Source: Lama guanicoe
Lineage: Eukaryota
DNA length: 35,550 nucleotides
Reading direction: 5' to 3'
Assembly (NCBI GenBank): GCA_013239625.1
Contig: MU053292.1
Coordinates: forward strand, 17,428 to 52,977
Shown here: piece by piece, positions 20,576 to 31,940 of the stretch
Numbering within the stretch: position 1 is the stretch's first letter
Layout of the letters: every line of letters starts with the position of its first letter
Translations under genes and position numbers: made by a program
The notes under the pieces: generated by a model
Told to the model about the DNA's origin: nothing
Seen by the model: only the letters and a program-made list of their open reading frames with translations
Databases searched by the model: none

Positions 20576-22989
20576 AACGTCCTCTGGAAATTCTGCCAGT
20601 TTACCCCGGCAGAGTCAGGACTCCTCTCCCTCCCCCATAGTCTTGATCCTCTTTTACACTCACTGCATTGAATTATAGTTTTTGTTAACATGCCTGCCTT
20701 CCTCTCTAGTCGGAGAGTGATCCTCGTTCATCTCCCCCAGAGGCAGCCCTGTGTCTGGCCTCCTGTAAGTTCCCAGGAAATGTTAAGAGAATTAAAAAGA
20801 CTGATCACCAGCATGAGAGAGGAGACTGTGTTTGAAGAGATACTCATGAAGTTTATGATGGGGCCATGACTCGATTTGGCAAGAAATGAGCAGGCGGACA
20901 TCATTATAATAGAGACACGGACATCACTGGCAAACACAGCCCCAGGGATGGCTCCTTTGGGCTCCACCGGAGAAGCTCTTCTTCACAGCTGAGAAAAGGA
21001 CAGAGCTGATAAAGGGCAAAGGGCCACAAAGCCGTGTCCATATGAAGCCACCCTTTCCTCCTGAATAGTGGAAAAGGCTGTCCTCCACCTGGCGATTTTA
21101 TCCCCACAGTGCATGCAAATTCAAGCTTCATTTTTAAACTAAATTGAACACATTGACTACTTTCTTGTGGACTTTTTTTTTTTTGACCCAGTGGTAAACC
21201 TCTCAACTACTTTTTTGATATTTTCCCAGATGCTCCTCCCATAATCAGGAGCCAGAAACTTAAAACCAAATTTCAACTCCATACTGACATTTTTTTTTTC
21301 TCTGAGGTGTGTGGTAGCTATAGAAGGAAGAGGAAGGGACTGAAATTCATTAAGAGTTCAAACCAATGGGGGTACATTCCTTCACTGCCCTATCTCTTTT
21401 TCAATTTACCGCCTTCTTGTTTGGGTTTTTATGTCCACCTTCCAGAAGAGGAAATGGAGGCTCAGAGAATTAATTACCTATGCTGCCCAGCATCACACAC
21501 TGGTGATGGGTGGAGCTGGGAATCAGTTACAGAGCTGTAAGGTGGTTGTAACAGTTCCATCCCAGGATTTCAGTGACTGTGGAGTGGTCTTCAGCTCCAG
21601 GGACAGCCTCCTGATTCGGAATGAGAAGGTGGCTCCCTTGGCAGGTCAGTTCTGCAGTGTTCCAGGAGGTATTCAGGGAGCAGAGTCAGCCTAAAGCCCA
21701 CTTCTCCAGCCTTCCCCATGATCTGATAAGTCTGATATGTCTTTCTCTTATACTAAGGGTCATTATGTTTGAAATACTCAGGAGGTTTCTGTTTGCTTTT
21801 CTCAACCCTAACCAACAGGACTAATCCAGCCTCCTAACCTACAGCCACCAAAGAAGAAACAAACAAGCACTTAACACTAAAGCCATTCCCCTATGTACAT
21901 CTGCTTACCCAACTTCTCCTGGGTCCATGACCCAGGAATGGCTTCATTCAGAGTTGAGTCCCCTCAAATGAAAAAGCATGAAGGGTATGGGACTGGGTAA
22001 TATATGCTGATGTAAGGGTCAAACAGGAACTCGGAGATGAAGGTGAATAAGACAGTAAGCAATTCTGTGTGGGACATTCTGTGCAGGCCTCCAAATTAAA
22101 TGGAAACAGTGGGGATTAATGGAAGGTTCAGAGCAGGAATTGTGAAATGGCTTCTGGCAGCAGCCTCAATGTGCTCTGCTCTCTGTCACAATGCCATTGT
22201 CTGGGATTTATGAACTTTACTTGTATTAGGTTTATTTATTTTTTAAGCTACAGAATTCCAAAAGGCAAGACAAAGCAGGGTTCAAGGTTCTTTGAAGAAG
22301 CAACAGCAGCAGGAAAAGGGAAGGGTTCATAATGAATGGCATGTTTCAGGTACTACGACTTAACCTGATGAATAAGGGACTGGTTAATAAAGAACTTCCT
22401 ATAATTTGGCTGTGAGCTTCCATCCCCATTTTTTTTCCCTGCTATTGCCCTTCATAAGTATCCCCTGCCATTAACACCATCTCCTTGTTATCTGACTCCA
22501 GATGTGAGCCTGCCTCCCCCAGCAGTCCTCTCCTCCCTGGAATGGCTTCCTTCCTGCTTTCTCCCGACCCACAGAGACTACATGTGGTAAGGCTTGAGTC
22601 AAATCTTACAGTCTCCTTTAAGCTACTGACTTTCTGAGCTTCTACCTGACAATGATCTCACCTTCTCTGAGCTGGCAACACCTTGGGTTTGTACATCCTT
22701 CAGATAGTTTTCATCCTGCTGAGTCATGAATCTAGGCTGAGTAATGCTTATCTTGCTGCTAAAACACCTGGAAGGGAAACCAGATCACCTGGAGCACTTT
22801 TTACCTGCCCAAAGCTTCCCAGGGCTTAACTCCTTCAATCACCCTATCAACTCTCTGAAGGACACAAGAACCTTTAGAGCTTAAGCAACTTTTCCAAGAG
22901 CACTTGGCTTGTAACTGTCCAAGCTGTGAATCAGAGTGGGTTTGGACACAGGTCTGTTTAACTCTCAGATCTTGGGGGTCCACTAGTTT

Positions 22990-23135
22990 ATGCTGCCTCC
23001 ACTGACATTAGGGTGCCTTTCACAAGTAGATGGTAAACCTCCAATGGTTAGGAAGCAAGTCCTTTCATACTGCTGTCCTGCCTCTGCTTGAAAGAGTCCA
23101 GTACATAATAGTTGTTCAATAAATATTATTTGGCT
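22990..23135 (+). mobile_element. L2 3' end fragment
   Basis: 'tagatggtaaacctcc...cagtacataatagttgttcaataaatattatttg'. Confidence 0.6.
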
Positions 23136-23384
23136 AATTGGGATTAAGTCAATTGCCTTATAGTTACACAATATTTTAACTTTTTAAAAGTATATTTACA
23201 TTTGGTAATTTACTCCCTGTGATAAGGATGCTGATTAAAAACTCCCCATTATACACATTTAAAAAACAAACCAGAAACAGCACTGAGGGTAAGTGAACTG
23301 CCCAAAGTAACATAGTAAGAAATCTTGGCCTCTGAAGCCCAAATTAGGTCTTCTGTTGAAGTGCCAGTACAAATACTGCAATGG

Positions 23385-24235
23385 GATACTTTTGAGACAA
23401 CTGGGGGAAATTTAAATATTGATTGTCTATTAGATAATATTAAGGAACTGCATTAGTTTCTTCTTTCTGTTGTAGCAAATTATCACAAACTTAATGGCTT
23501 AAAACAACACAAATTCATTATCCTATATCCCTGGTAGTCAGAAGTCTGAAATAGCTTTCACTGGGCGAAAATCAAGTGGTCAGCAGAGCTGCATTCCTTC
23601 TGGAGGCTCTAGGAAAGAATCTCTTTCCTTGATTTTCTGGCTTCAAGAGGCCACTTCATTCCTTAACTCGTGCCCCTTCCTCCACCTTCAAAGCCAGCAG
23701 AGCAGCATCTTCAAGCTCACTCTGCTTTCCTCCTCTTACCACCCACTCTGACACTTCTGCCTCCCTCTTGTAATTACCCTTGTGACTACACTGAACTAAA
23801 CTGGATAATTCAGGAAACTCCCCATCACTGGAACCTTAACTTCATTACACCTGCAAAGGCCATTTCACCATGTAAGGTAACACTCTCAGACACCAGGGAT
23901 TAACATATGGACATCTTTAGGGGACCATATTCATCTTACTACAGAAATTATTGATAATTTTGATAAACATGATAATGGTATAGTAATTATGTTCTCATTT
24001 GTTACAGGTGCTTACTAAAATATTCATGGGTAAAATAGCATTCTGATATTTGCTTCAGAAATTCCAGAAAAACAAGCGGGTGCGTGTGGAAGAGGGAAAA
24101 CAGATGAAATAAGATTGTCAAAGTGTCTGCTAACTCTCTGATCATTATTGAAGCTGCTGTTAGACACGCGGGGGTGTGGCTTGCTGTCTTTTCACTTTTG
24201 TATATGTTTGGAAATGTCCACAGTATCTTTTTAAA
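23385..24235 (+). mobile_element. L1MC4/5-type 3' end, split by an MLT1 insertion
   Basis: 'gagacaactgggggaaatttaaatattgattgtctattagataatattaaggaa' resumes after 23943 as 'ttattgataatttt...gataatggtatagt...atttgcttca...attattgaagctg...ttttgtatatgtttggaaat'. Confidence 0.75.
23449..23943 (-). mobile_element. MLT1C/D-type solo LTR
   Basis: 'tgcattagtttc...aaattatcacaaacttaatggcttaaaacaacacaaattcatta...ttctggaggctctagg...catgtaaggtaaca...tggacatctttagggg...tactaca'; degenerate TSD ggaac/gaaat. Confidence 0.88.
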
Positions 24236-24249
24236 CAACAGATACCATC

Positions 24250-24965
24250 GAAGTTTCCCGTGTAACATTCTCTAAAACAATTCTCCACCCTTCCTCCCCA
24301 GAGTTAACTGCTATTCTGAATTTGGTGTTTTCATTCCCTTCCATAATTTTATAGCTTTACTACACATACGTGTCTTAAACAATATATAGAATTGGTTTGC
24401 ACGTTTTTCCGAATTTATGTATTTCACATTTCAACAGTTTTTGAGATTTATTTGTGTTGATACATGGAAAACTGTAGTTCATTCTTTTTTAGGTATTATA
24501 AAGTATTCAACAGTATGGCTCTATCTAAATTTATCTCTTATGTTGATATGTATTAAAGTTTTCAATTTTTAGTTACCATCAACAGTGCTGCAATAACCTT
24601 ATAAATATCTCCTTGTGCACACGTGTGAGATCCCCCTCTAGGATGCTAAGTGGTGAAATTGCTAGTCTGTGGGTATGTGCATCTTCATCTCTACTAGATC
24701 TTGCTAAATATTTAATTATGGGGTGGTGCCAATTTATACTCCTCAGCAGTATATGAGATTTCCCGTTTCTATTCACATCTTTACACACACTTAGCATTTT
24801 AAGACTGAAAATTTTGCCAACTTGAAAAGATGTGAAATAGAATCCACTGTTTCAGTTTGCAAACCCCTGACAACTAGGGGAGCTGAGCATCTTTTTCATC
24901 TGTTTGGTACTCTTTCATTTTTCTCTTTTGTTATTCTTCCCTAACCTGTGCCCAATTTAAAGTTT
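24250..24965 (-). mobile_element. Old L1M (L1ME-like) ORF2 end and 3'UTR
   Basis: 'ccccagagttaactgctattctgaattt...ttttgagatttatttgtgttgatacatg...aagtggtgaaattgctagtc...ccaatttatactcctcagcagtatatgaga...gagcatctttttcat'. Confidence 0.8.
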
Positions 24966-24989
24966 ATCTCATCTATTGAGTTTTTAATT

Positions 24990-25910
24990 TAAACACTATT
25001 TTTATTTCCAACATTATATTTTCTTTTTTTTTAAAAAATTCTGCTTTGTCTTTGGGCATTCTAAACATTCTTTCTTTTGATGGATGTTGCCCCTCTTGAT
25101 TAATTTTCTATGTCTCGTGTTTTTTCATTTTCTCTTTTTCTATATTTGTATTTTTTGATCCATGTTTAGAACAACTCCTCAATGTTTTCTAGTAGCTCTT
25201 TAAATGAATTTGTTGGCAGGAACACACACACACACACACACACATACACATGCACACATACATATATATAAATTTTTTTCTTTTCATGAATTCTTTCTTT
25301 TTCATTGACTGCTTCTTTTCATACCGGCCTGTTTTTGCTTTATAGGTAAAATATTTTCTTAAGTCTCTCAGAGGATACTAATAAGAATTTTTAAAAAGCT
25401 TTCTTTTCTTCCTGAATTCTTTCTGTACCTCCCAGGCAACTGGTTGTGGACATTCACCTTCTTGCTGTGAGGTGGCCTCAGCTGTCTGGTGGTCCTCAGT
25501 CATCCTTTCATATTTACAAATGAAGGACCATGTTGAGCATCTAACCCAAGAGACAACGCAACACAGACTTGTTAGGACTACTTTCCCCTCCTGACTCCTG
25601 TCCCCAGTGGGAATTCTGTCTGCCTCCGCCTGTCCTTGAGCTGCTCAGGGGCTCTGCACAAAGCGGCCCCCACCTTCCTGCAGCCTTTCTGAGTTGGGTC
25701 TCCCTTCTCCCTGGTTTATCAGTTAACATGATTCCATCACCCTTACAGTCCTCCAGAAACATATACAAGTCTCTGCTGTGGTCATACCTCCCCCTTCCCA
25801 TTCTCAGCACTTGAGAAAGTGTGCTTCATCCTATGCTTCCTAAGCCTGATGGGATTTGGGAAGGGTGGTGGGTGAGGGGTTGCACTCAATCTACCATCTT
25901 GAAGCAGAAC
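24990..25910 (-). mobile_element. HAL1/L1 5'-ORF1 remnant
   Basis: T-rich ORF1 antisense ('tctctcagaggatactaataag...ctgtctggtggtcctcagtcatcctttcatattta') ending in the L1-type 5' terminus 'ctcaatctaccatcttgaagcagaa'. Confidence 0.6.
25222..25270. repeat. (CA)n microsatellite grading into (TA)n
   Basis: 'acacacacacacacacacacacatacacatgcacacatacatatatata'. Confidence 0.9.
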
Positions 25911-25914
25911 ATCA

Positions 25915-26180
25915 GTTGATATTTTGAGAAAATCACGTTGGCTGCAGTGTGGGGAGGGCTTGGCTGGGGCAGAAATTGGAACTAAGATTCCAGTTAGGTG
26001 CACCTGTTTCAAGTGCAAAATAAAGGTGCCAAGTCAGAACTGAGGAAGTGAGAAAAGAGGAAAGAGAGAAGTAGACGGCTGAGGATACTTTGAAGGCAGG
26101 ACTGACAGAGGTCTCTTTTCCCTTTGTGCAAATGTTTCTGGACTTGTCTGACATCCTGGGATAAGAGGGTCTCAGATGAT
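25915..26180 (-). mobile_element. L2 fragment
   Basis: 'attttgagaaaatcacgttggctgcagtgtgg...ccagttagg...ttgaaggcaggactgacag'. Confidence 0.65.
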
Positions 26181-26194
26181 GATGAATCTAAGGA

Positions 26195-26375
26195 AGTAGC
26201 ATGGTGGATGGAGCAGTGGGTTGGGAAAAAGACAGGCCTGAATTTGAATAGACTTCTACATAGCCTCAGTGTCCTCATCTATAAAATGGGACTGCTAATA
26301 CCTACTTGTACTACCTGAAAATGAGAGTCGTTGCAAAAACACAAGCAGATGAGCCCAGAAGTGGAAAGCTGTTCA
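26195..26375 (+). mobile_element. MIR SINE
   Basis: 'agcctcagtgtcctcatctataaaatgggactgctaatacctac'. Confidence 0.75.
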
Positions 26376-28780
26376 GGATCAAGCCCATCTCTCCACTCCT
26401 CTCTAATGGCCCAAATGACTTTTCTCACAAAGCATTTCCAGTGCCTTGTGTCTGTTGCAGCTGTTTTATGAACACCAGTTTGAGGAAGGAGATAGACTGA
26501 TTTACATTAGCTCATTATCATCAGCCCAGTTGGATCAAGCCCATCATAGCAGGTCACTGTGTGCTGACCATTGACTGAGAGGCCTTTCTCAGGTCAAATG
26601 ACCACCTTCCTGAGGAAGGGACCACTTCCGTGCACAGAGCAGCACAGCCCTGCTTTCCTGGCCAGGGAGAGCTCCATGTGCTAAGACAAAAAGGGACTCA
26701 GGGAGGAGTAAGTATCACAACTAACATGCCAACCCTGTACCTGTTAGGGTTGACGTGACTAGCCAATAAAACATGTTAAAATACACAGGGACTAACAGTG
26801 TTAGATGAATCCCACCTCATCAAAAAAAAAGTACTCACTTCCATTACACAAAAAAAGGGTTCAATAATTGTTAGAATCCCCAGCATTCTGTGTGATGGGG
26901 AATCCTAATTAGCAAAAATTAGCCTAATTGTGGAAGTGGAAGTTGGCTCTGAAATTCATCTAGAAATAAAGACTGGAAAAATGAAAGAGCCCAGGAATTG
27001 AGGGGAATTACTTTGTTTCCTTGTGAGAATCTCTATTGTAGATATGGTGAATTGAATTAATTATGACTTATACAAGCTTTCCTCTCTTTATTCTTCTTGA
27101 AACTCTGAGTCAAAATATGATTTATATTTTCAGGACCATGACTGTTCAATATCTATTTCTAAATCTGGCAGGTTAAAAAGGTATATGAAAACAGAACCTG
27201 TAATACTGTCATTTAATTAATAAAGGCATGATTCTCAGTTTCTTCCACCATACGCATTCTTTTGTTTGGCTTCAACATAAGTGCTATTTTCTGTGCTCCT
27301 TTTTAACTTTTAATAAGTTTCCTTTCTGGAGAGTGTGGGTAATGTTGTGAAAAAGAAGCTAAAACGTATTTTCAAAAGGAAAACAATAAATGTCACATCC
27401 TTATGAGTTACTTCTTATTTGACATGAAGAGGGGGAAGAGAAACAGGCCTCACTGCTTTTGACTTTGCAGTTTGTAAGTCAGTTCTTTCGACACTGTTGT
27501 ATGAACATTTGTAATTTTGTTGGACATTGGATGTGTACAGGAGGGCAAGCACAGCCTGGGCGCCTGAAGCCCTGAACTGGGCACTGGTACTGCTGTTAAC
27601 CAGCTGGGGATTCTGGGGAGGGTGTCTCCCCCTCATCCTTCAATTCATCATCTGAGGAATAAAGCGAAGGTTTGGACTAGGCTAGGGCTTCCCTACAGTG
27701 TAGAAGCCTAACACTGCTGATCTGGGACTTGGGGACACTAGACAACATCAGATCACATAGTAAAAACATTAACTCCTTTTTTAACTTTCATTCACTATTT
27801 TCTTGCAATATATTGTAGAGAGAGCATCAGTTTGGTGCTGGTATGTCTTTAACATCCTTCTAATCCCTTACCGATTTTCCTTTTTCAACAGAGCTAACTT
27901 CAGGCTGAGAGCCTTTGGCAGGCAGCAATGTCTAGCTAGGACTGAAATATCACCCCCATCCTCACCACTCCCACCAGTGGCATTTGATTCTAATTATGGC
28001 AAGTGCTCCTGCTATTGCATTGATTTGTGATACAGTGTTTTCTTTGAAACTAAATCAAATTTTAAGTTTTAAAAGTATGTTTACTGAGCACTATTATTTG
28101 TATAGGAGGTAAATAGATACATCTGAAATGGTTGAGTGATACAATTGAAGGTGCAAAACATTGGTCTAGATGATCACCAAGAGCCCTTACACCACTGGAG
28201 CCTAGGCGTTCTCACCTTTCATGCCCTCTGATTGCTGTTTCTATTGATAATGCAAACACATTTATAGAGAACAGAAAACTCTTTGTCCATCCTCCTATGG
28301 GACAATTCACCTGGCTCTGCAGCTCCCAGAATCTTTATATAATAAACATAGGAACAACCTGTAGTTCATGACACTGGACTGTAAAAACAAAGTGGGAAAA
28401 TAGTTCTTTAAGAGTCGGAGGAAGGGTGGGGACTCCTGGTTAAACATGGCAGGTTGAATACCCACATCTATTTCAGCTCTCTCTCAAAACTCAACTAAAA
28501 GGAAAATAAAGGAATAAAACAGGTTTAAGCCTATGAGGACAAGGAAAATGGTATGTGAGACCAGAGAAGACCAGAGATGCTAAAAAGCACTGTGGAAGGT
28601 GGAAAACTTGGAGATGAGGGATAACTGGAACACAAGTGCCTGCTCGGGGAGGAACCAGTGAAAAGCCAGCCGATTCATTCTTTAGGGCCTTGGAAAAGCT
28701 CAAGAATTAGAGATGCCACGTTCCTCTGGAGACAGCAGAGAGGCTGTAAGCAGGATGACTGCTGGAAATTCTGTCTAAAG

Positions 28781-28992
28781 TGGAGTTTCTCAACCTTGGC
28801 CCTAAAGACATTTGGGGCAGAATTCTTCGTTTGGGGGCTATCTCATATTGTAGAATGTTTAGCAGCATCCCGGGCCTCTAGTCGCTGGATGCCAGGAGCA
28901 TCCCTTCTCCAGCTGTGACAATCAAAAAGCCTCCAGGTACTGCCACACAGCCTTTCAGGGGGACTGAAATCTCCCCCAGTTGCAAACCACTA
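28781..28992 (-). mobile_element. MER20 (hAT-Charlie) DNA transposon, full length
   Basis: 'gtttctcaaccttggc...tgtagaatgtttagcagcatccc...tgtgacaatcaaaaa...ccagttgcaaaccacta'; 8-bp TSD gtctaaag/atttaaag. Confidence 0.9.
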
Positions 28993-29599
28993 ATTTAAAG
29001 GATCCCTCACCCCTCCCTGAACCCATGCAGACAAATCTCTGCAGCTTTTCCACCCCCAAAAGAACCAGAGGACTATCCCGTGAATACACTGGACCAGAGA
29101 AGCTCCAAACTTGGGAACAGGAGGCTTGGAGAAGGGAAAGGTGAGGTGCTGCACTAAAAGCCAGGGGTTAGAGTAGAAGCTCCCTTCTGCCAAGTTTGGT
29201 GTCTCCCTCGTGTCAGATTAGTGAGTGATAAAACATAGTGAGCTAAAGGCAGTTATTATTTCCAAGAAAAACAAAAAGATGAATGAGAAACTAAAAGTAA
29301 TCTTTGTATACTAGTTGGTTAACCTATGAGATATATATACACACATACATTATATATTATATATACATTATATATAAGCTACACATACACACATTATCTA
29401 TCTGCAGTATCTTAACTCAGTATTTATGATACAGAGATTGGATATGACTTTTTTCAAAATTGTGATATAATTAAAATATAAGGATGTGTGGGACATGGGT
29501 GTGGCGGGGAGCGGTGGTGATGGTTGTTAACCCCTCATCTTCCATGATCTGATGTCAACAGCAATGTCGTTCTTCAATAAAGTAAAAAGAAATCAAAAT

Positions 29600-29748
29600 A
29601 TATAGCTCACAGAGAAAAAGATGTGACAATGAATATATATATATATATATGTTCATCTATAACTGAAAAATTGTGCTCTATACTGGAATTTGACACAACA
29701 TTGTAAATGATTATAAATCAATAAAAAATATTAAAAAAGTAAAAAAAT
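29600..29748 (+). mobile_element. Young camelid-type L1 3' terminus with internal (TA)n and A-tail
   Basis: 'gttcatctataactgaaaaattgtgctctatactggaatttgacacaacattgtaaatgattataaatcaataaaaaatattaaaaaa'. Confidence 0.85.
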
Positions 29749-30139
29749 AGAGCATATGACTATTATTTAAAAATATAAATGTAAACTCCAGAAAAAAGGC
29801 TAAAAGAGTTGAAAGCAGCTGCCTCTTTGGAGCAGACCTTGAATGTGGGGCAGAGTAGGCAGGGTACTGATATTTTTTAGGATAAATCTTTCAGTACTGT
29901 TAGCCTTTTTGAACTGCATGCATGTTTACACAGATAAAAATCATTTTTTGTTAAATAAAGGCTAAGGAATGGCAGTTAGGAGACAATGATGAGTGAATAG
30001 AGAACAGAGAACATGTATAATAGGAAAAGCATGGCACATTTTTCATCTCGGTGGAACGAAGAACCCAGTGGGTGTGTCACAACGAACTGAAGACAAATGT
30101 TAAAGCCCAGAACATGCTCTTTCTTGATAAAGGAGAGAA

Positions 30140-30718
30140 TCAGAACTGACATTTGTTTACCATCTACTAAACGGCAGGCAGAGCATTAGGGATTTTACAT
30201 ACAGTATTTAATTCTCATGAAAATGAAGCGTGTCCTATTAGTCTCATTCTACAGATGAGAAAACTGAGAAGAATATTTGGCAACAGGGAGACGTCATGGG
30301 GCCTGAGCACGGAGTGAAATGCCCGTGTTGAAATCATGCTTCTGACTTTCATAATCTGCTGCAGCCTTGCACGCAGACCTCTTCCTGCCCTTCTGTGCTC
30401 TGGGATGTAAAGTGGGAACAGAGACGAGGATGCGGGTGATTATTTCACCTCACAGGAGCATTGTGAGGAAATCACGAGTGAGCACGTGTAAGGCGTTGAC
30501 AACAGCGCCGGACACGCCCTGAGTGCTGTGATTACAAAAGGCACTCAGCCCTTCAAGACTGAATAAAAACAGTAAGAGATTTTTTTGAAACTCAGTTTCT
30601 TCATCTTTTTTGACCTCTCTGGGCATTTGGAATGACTGATTCTTGCCCAAGGTCACAGAACTGTTAATTAGTGAAGCTAGACTTTGAATTCAAGTCTGTC
30701 TTCAAAGCTCAGCCTCTG
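30140..30718. mobile_element. MIR cluster: minus-strand MIR (~30140-30270, resuming ~30632-30718) interrupted by a plus-strand MIR (~30285-30545)
   Basis: 'ctcattctacagatgagaaaactgag' then 'ttgcccaaggtcacagaac...actttgaattcaagtctgtc'; intervening 'tgtaaagtggga...cacctcacaggagcattgtgagga'. Confidence 0.7.
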
Positions 30719-31409
30719 TACATATATGTAAACCAAAAAAAAGTGCAGTATATTGTATATATGTATTTACATGCAATAAAATGTATATGTGCAGTCGAAC
30801 TATGACAATTCTACCTAACAAAACAGAAAAAGGAAAAACAGTATCTATATATTAATATTATATAATATATAGAATTCATATTACATTTTATTATGTTATC
30901 GCTCACAATTATCACATGCATAATTAGTAAATATCCATAATATGAACATCTGATGGAATAATAAAATATAAGTGAACCTGGTGACACATTTAAAAAAAAA
31001 TAAAAAGCTCAGGCTCTTTCTCTGTAACCTGCGGCCTCTCATTAGGTAATGGGGCCAGCAGTGGAAAGGCCAGCACAAAAGCAGAAATACCAACATGAGA
31101 AAACAGAAAGAGAGAAACAAGACAGGTGGCCAGCTAAGGATTAAACAATCTGATGTGGAGTCAGACAGAGGGAAGTGTGATCCATTGGGATAAAAGCAAG
31201 ATGGCAGCCCAGGGCGGAGAGGGTGGAAGCCCATGTTATTGAGACAGCTAACACCAAGCAAGCCCGCGCCAGGAGGACACTGTGATTGGCAGAAATGAAC
31301 TGACGTAGGGACGGTCTCAGGAGAAGCACCCCAGGTAGTCTACGGCGTAGCTTACTTTAACCCTCGGCATGATGACAGAAAGATCCCAGCTGGACTTTAA
31401 GAGTTTCCC

Positions 31410-31600
31410 ACCTTAGGAAGTGTGCATTTTCCCTCTGCCTCATGCACTCTACTTTCCTACTATCCACAACTGTAATCAGCTTTCTGTTTTGTGATTATCT
31501 GTTTGATATCTATCTCCTTAACTAGGCTATGAGGTCTTTGAAAGCAGGGACTATGTCTGTCTCATTCAGTTGTACCTAACTTAATGTCTATTATAGACCG
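31410..31600 (+). mobile_element. L2 3' fragment
   Basis: 'tatctatctccttaactaggctatgaggtctttgaaagcagggactatgtctgtctcattc'. Confidence 0.75.
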
Positions 31601-31789
31601 AGGGAAGGAATGAAAGGAAAGGGAAAGAACATGCATTGATATTTAACAAATAATACATTAATGCTGTCCCCAAAGACCAGGAGACCATGACAGAAATAAT
31701 GGAAAGAATAAATTAGCCAATATTTGGTAAAGGAATCAAGGTGCAAGCTGGAAGGACCTCAGCGGTCATCCAGCCAGCCAGCCATCATT

Positions 31790-31940
31790 GTATTCATTCA
31801 TTCATTCATTCATTCAAGTTTATTAAGTTTTGATAATGTCAGAGTAAGGTACCAGTCACTAGGACCATAAAGAGGAGTAAGATATAACCCCTGCCCCAAG
31901 GGAAGGCGCTTCTGGTTAGAGGGGAGAAAGAGGAGACAGA
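31790..31940 (-). mobile_element. L2 3' end with (TTCA)n tail
   Basis: 'attcattcattcattcattcattcaagtttattaag...taagatataacccctgccccaagg'. Confidence 0.75.

Larger units (their letters stand above)
28425..29960 (+). mobile_element. HAL1-like element, internally deleted, hosting MER20 and a young L1 tail
   Basis: 5' end 'gactcctggttaaacatggcagg...'; 3' end 'aaaagagttgaaagcagctgcctct...ggcagggtactg...cagtactgttagcctttttgaactgcatgcatgt...gataaaaa'. Confidence 0.65.

Noticed and set aside
20775..20960. Plus-strand 'EMLRELKRLITSMREETVFEEILMKF', faintly S100/EF-hand-like
   Set aside because: No EF-hand loop residues, an in-frame stop follows, and the 5' part overlaps what looks like an L2 tail.
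27805..27891. Mini-exon with donor 'ctg|gtatgt' paired to the acceptor at 27891
   Set aside because: The implied intron would be only 51 nt, shorter than typical mammalian introns.
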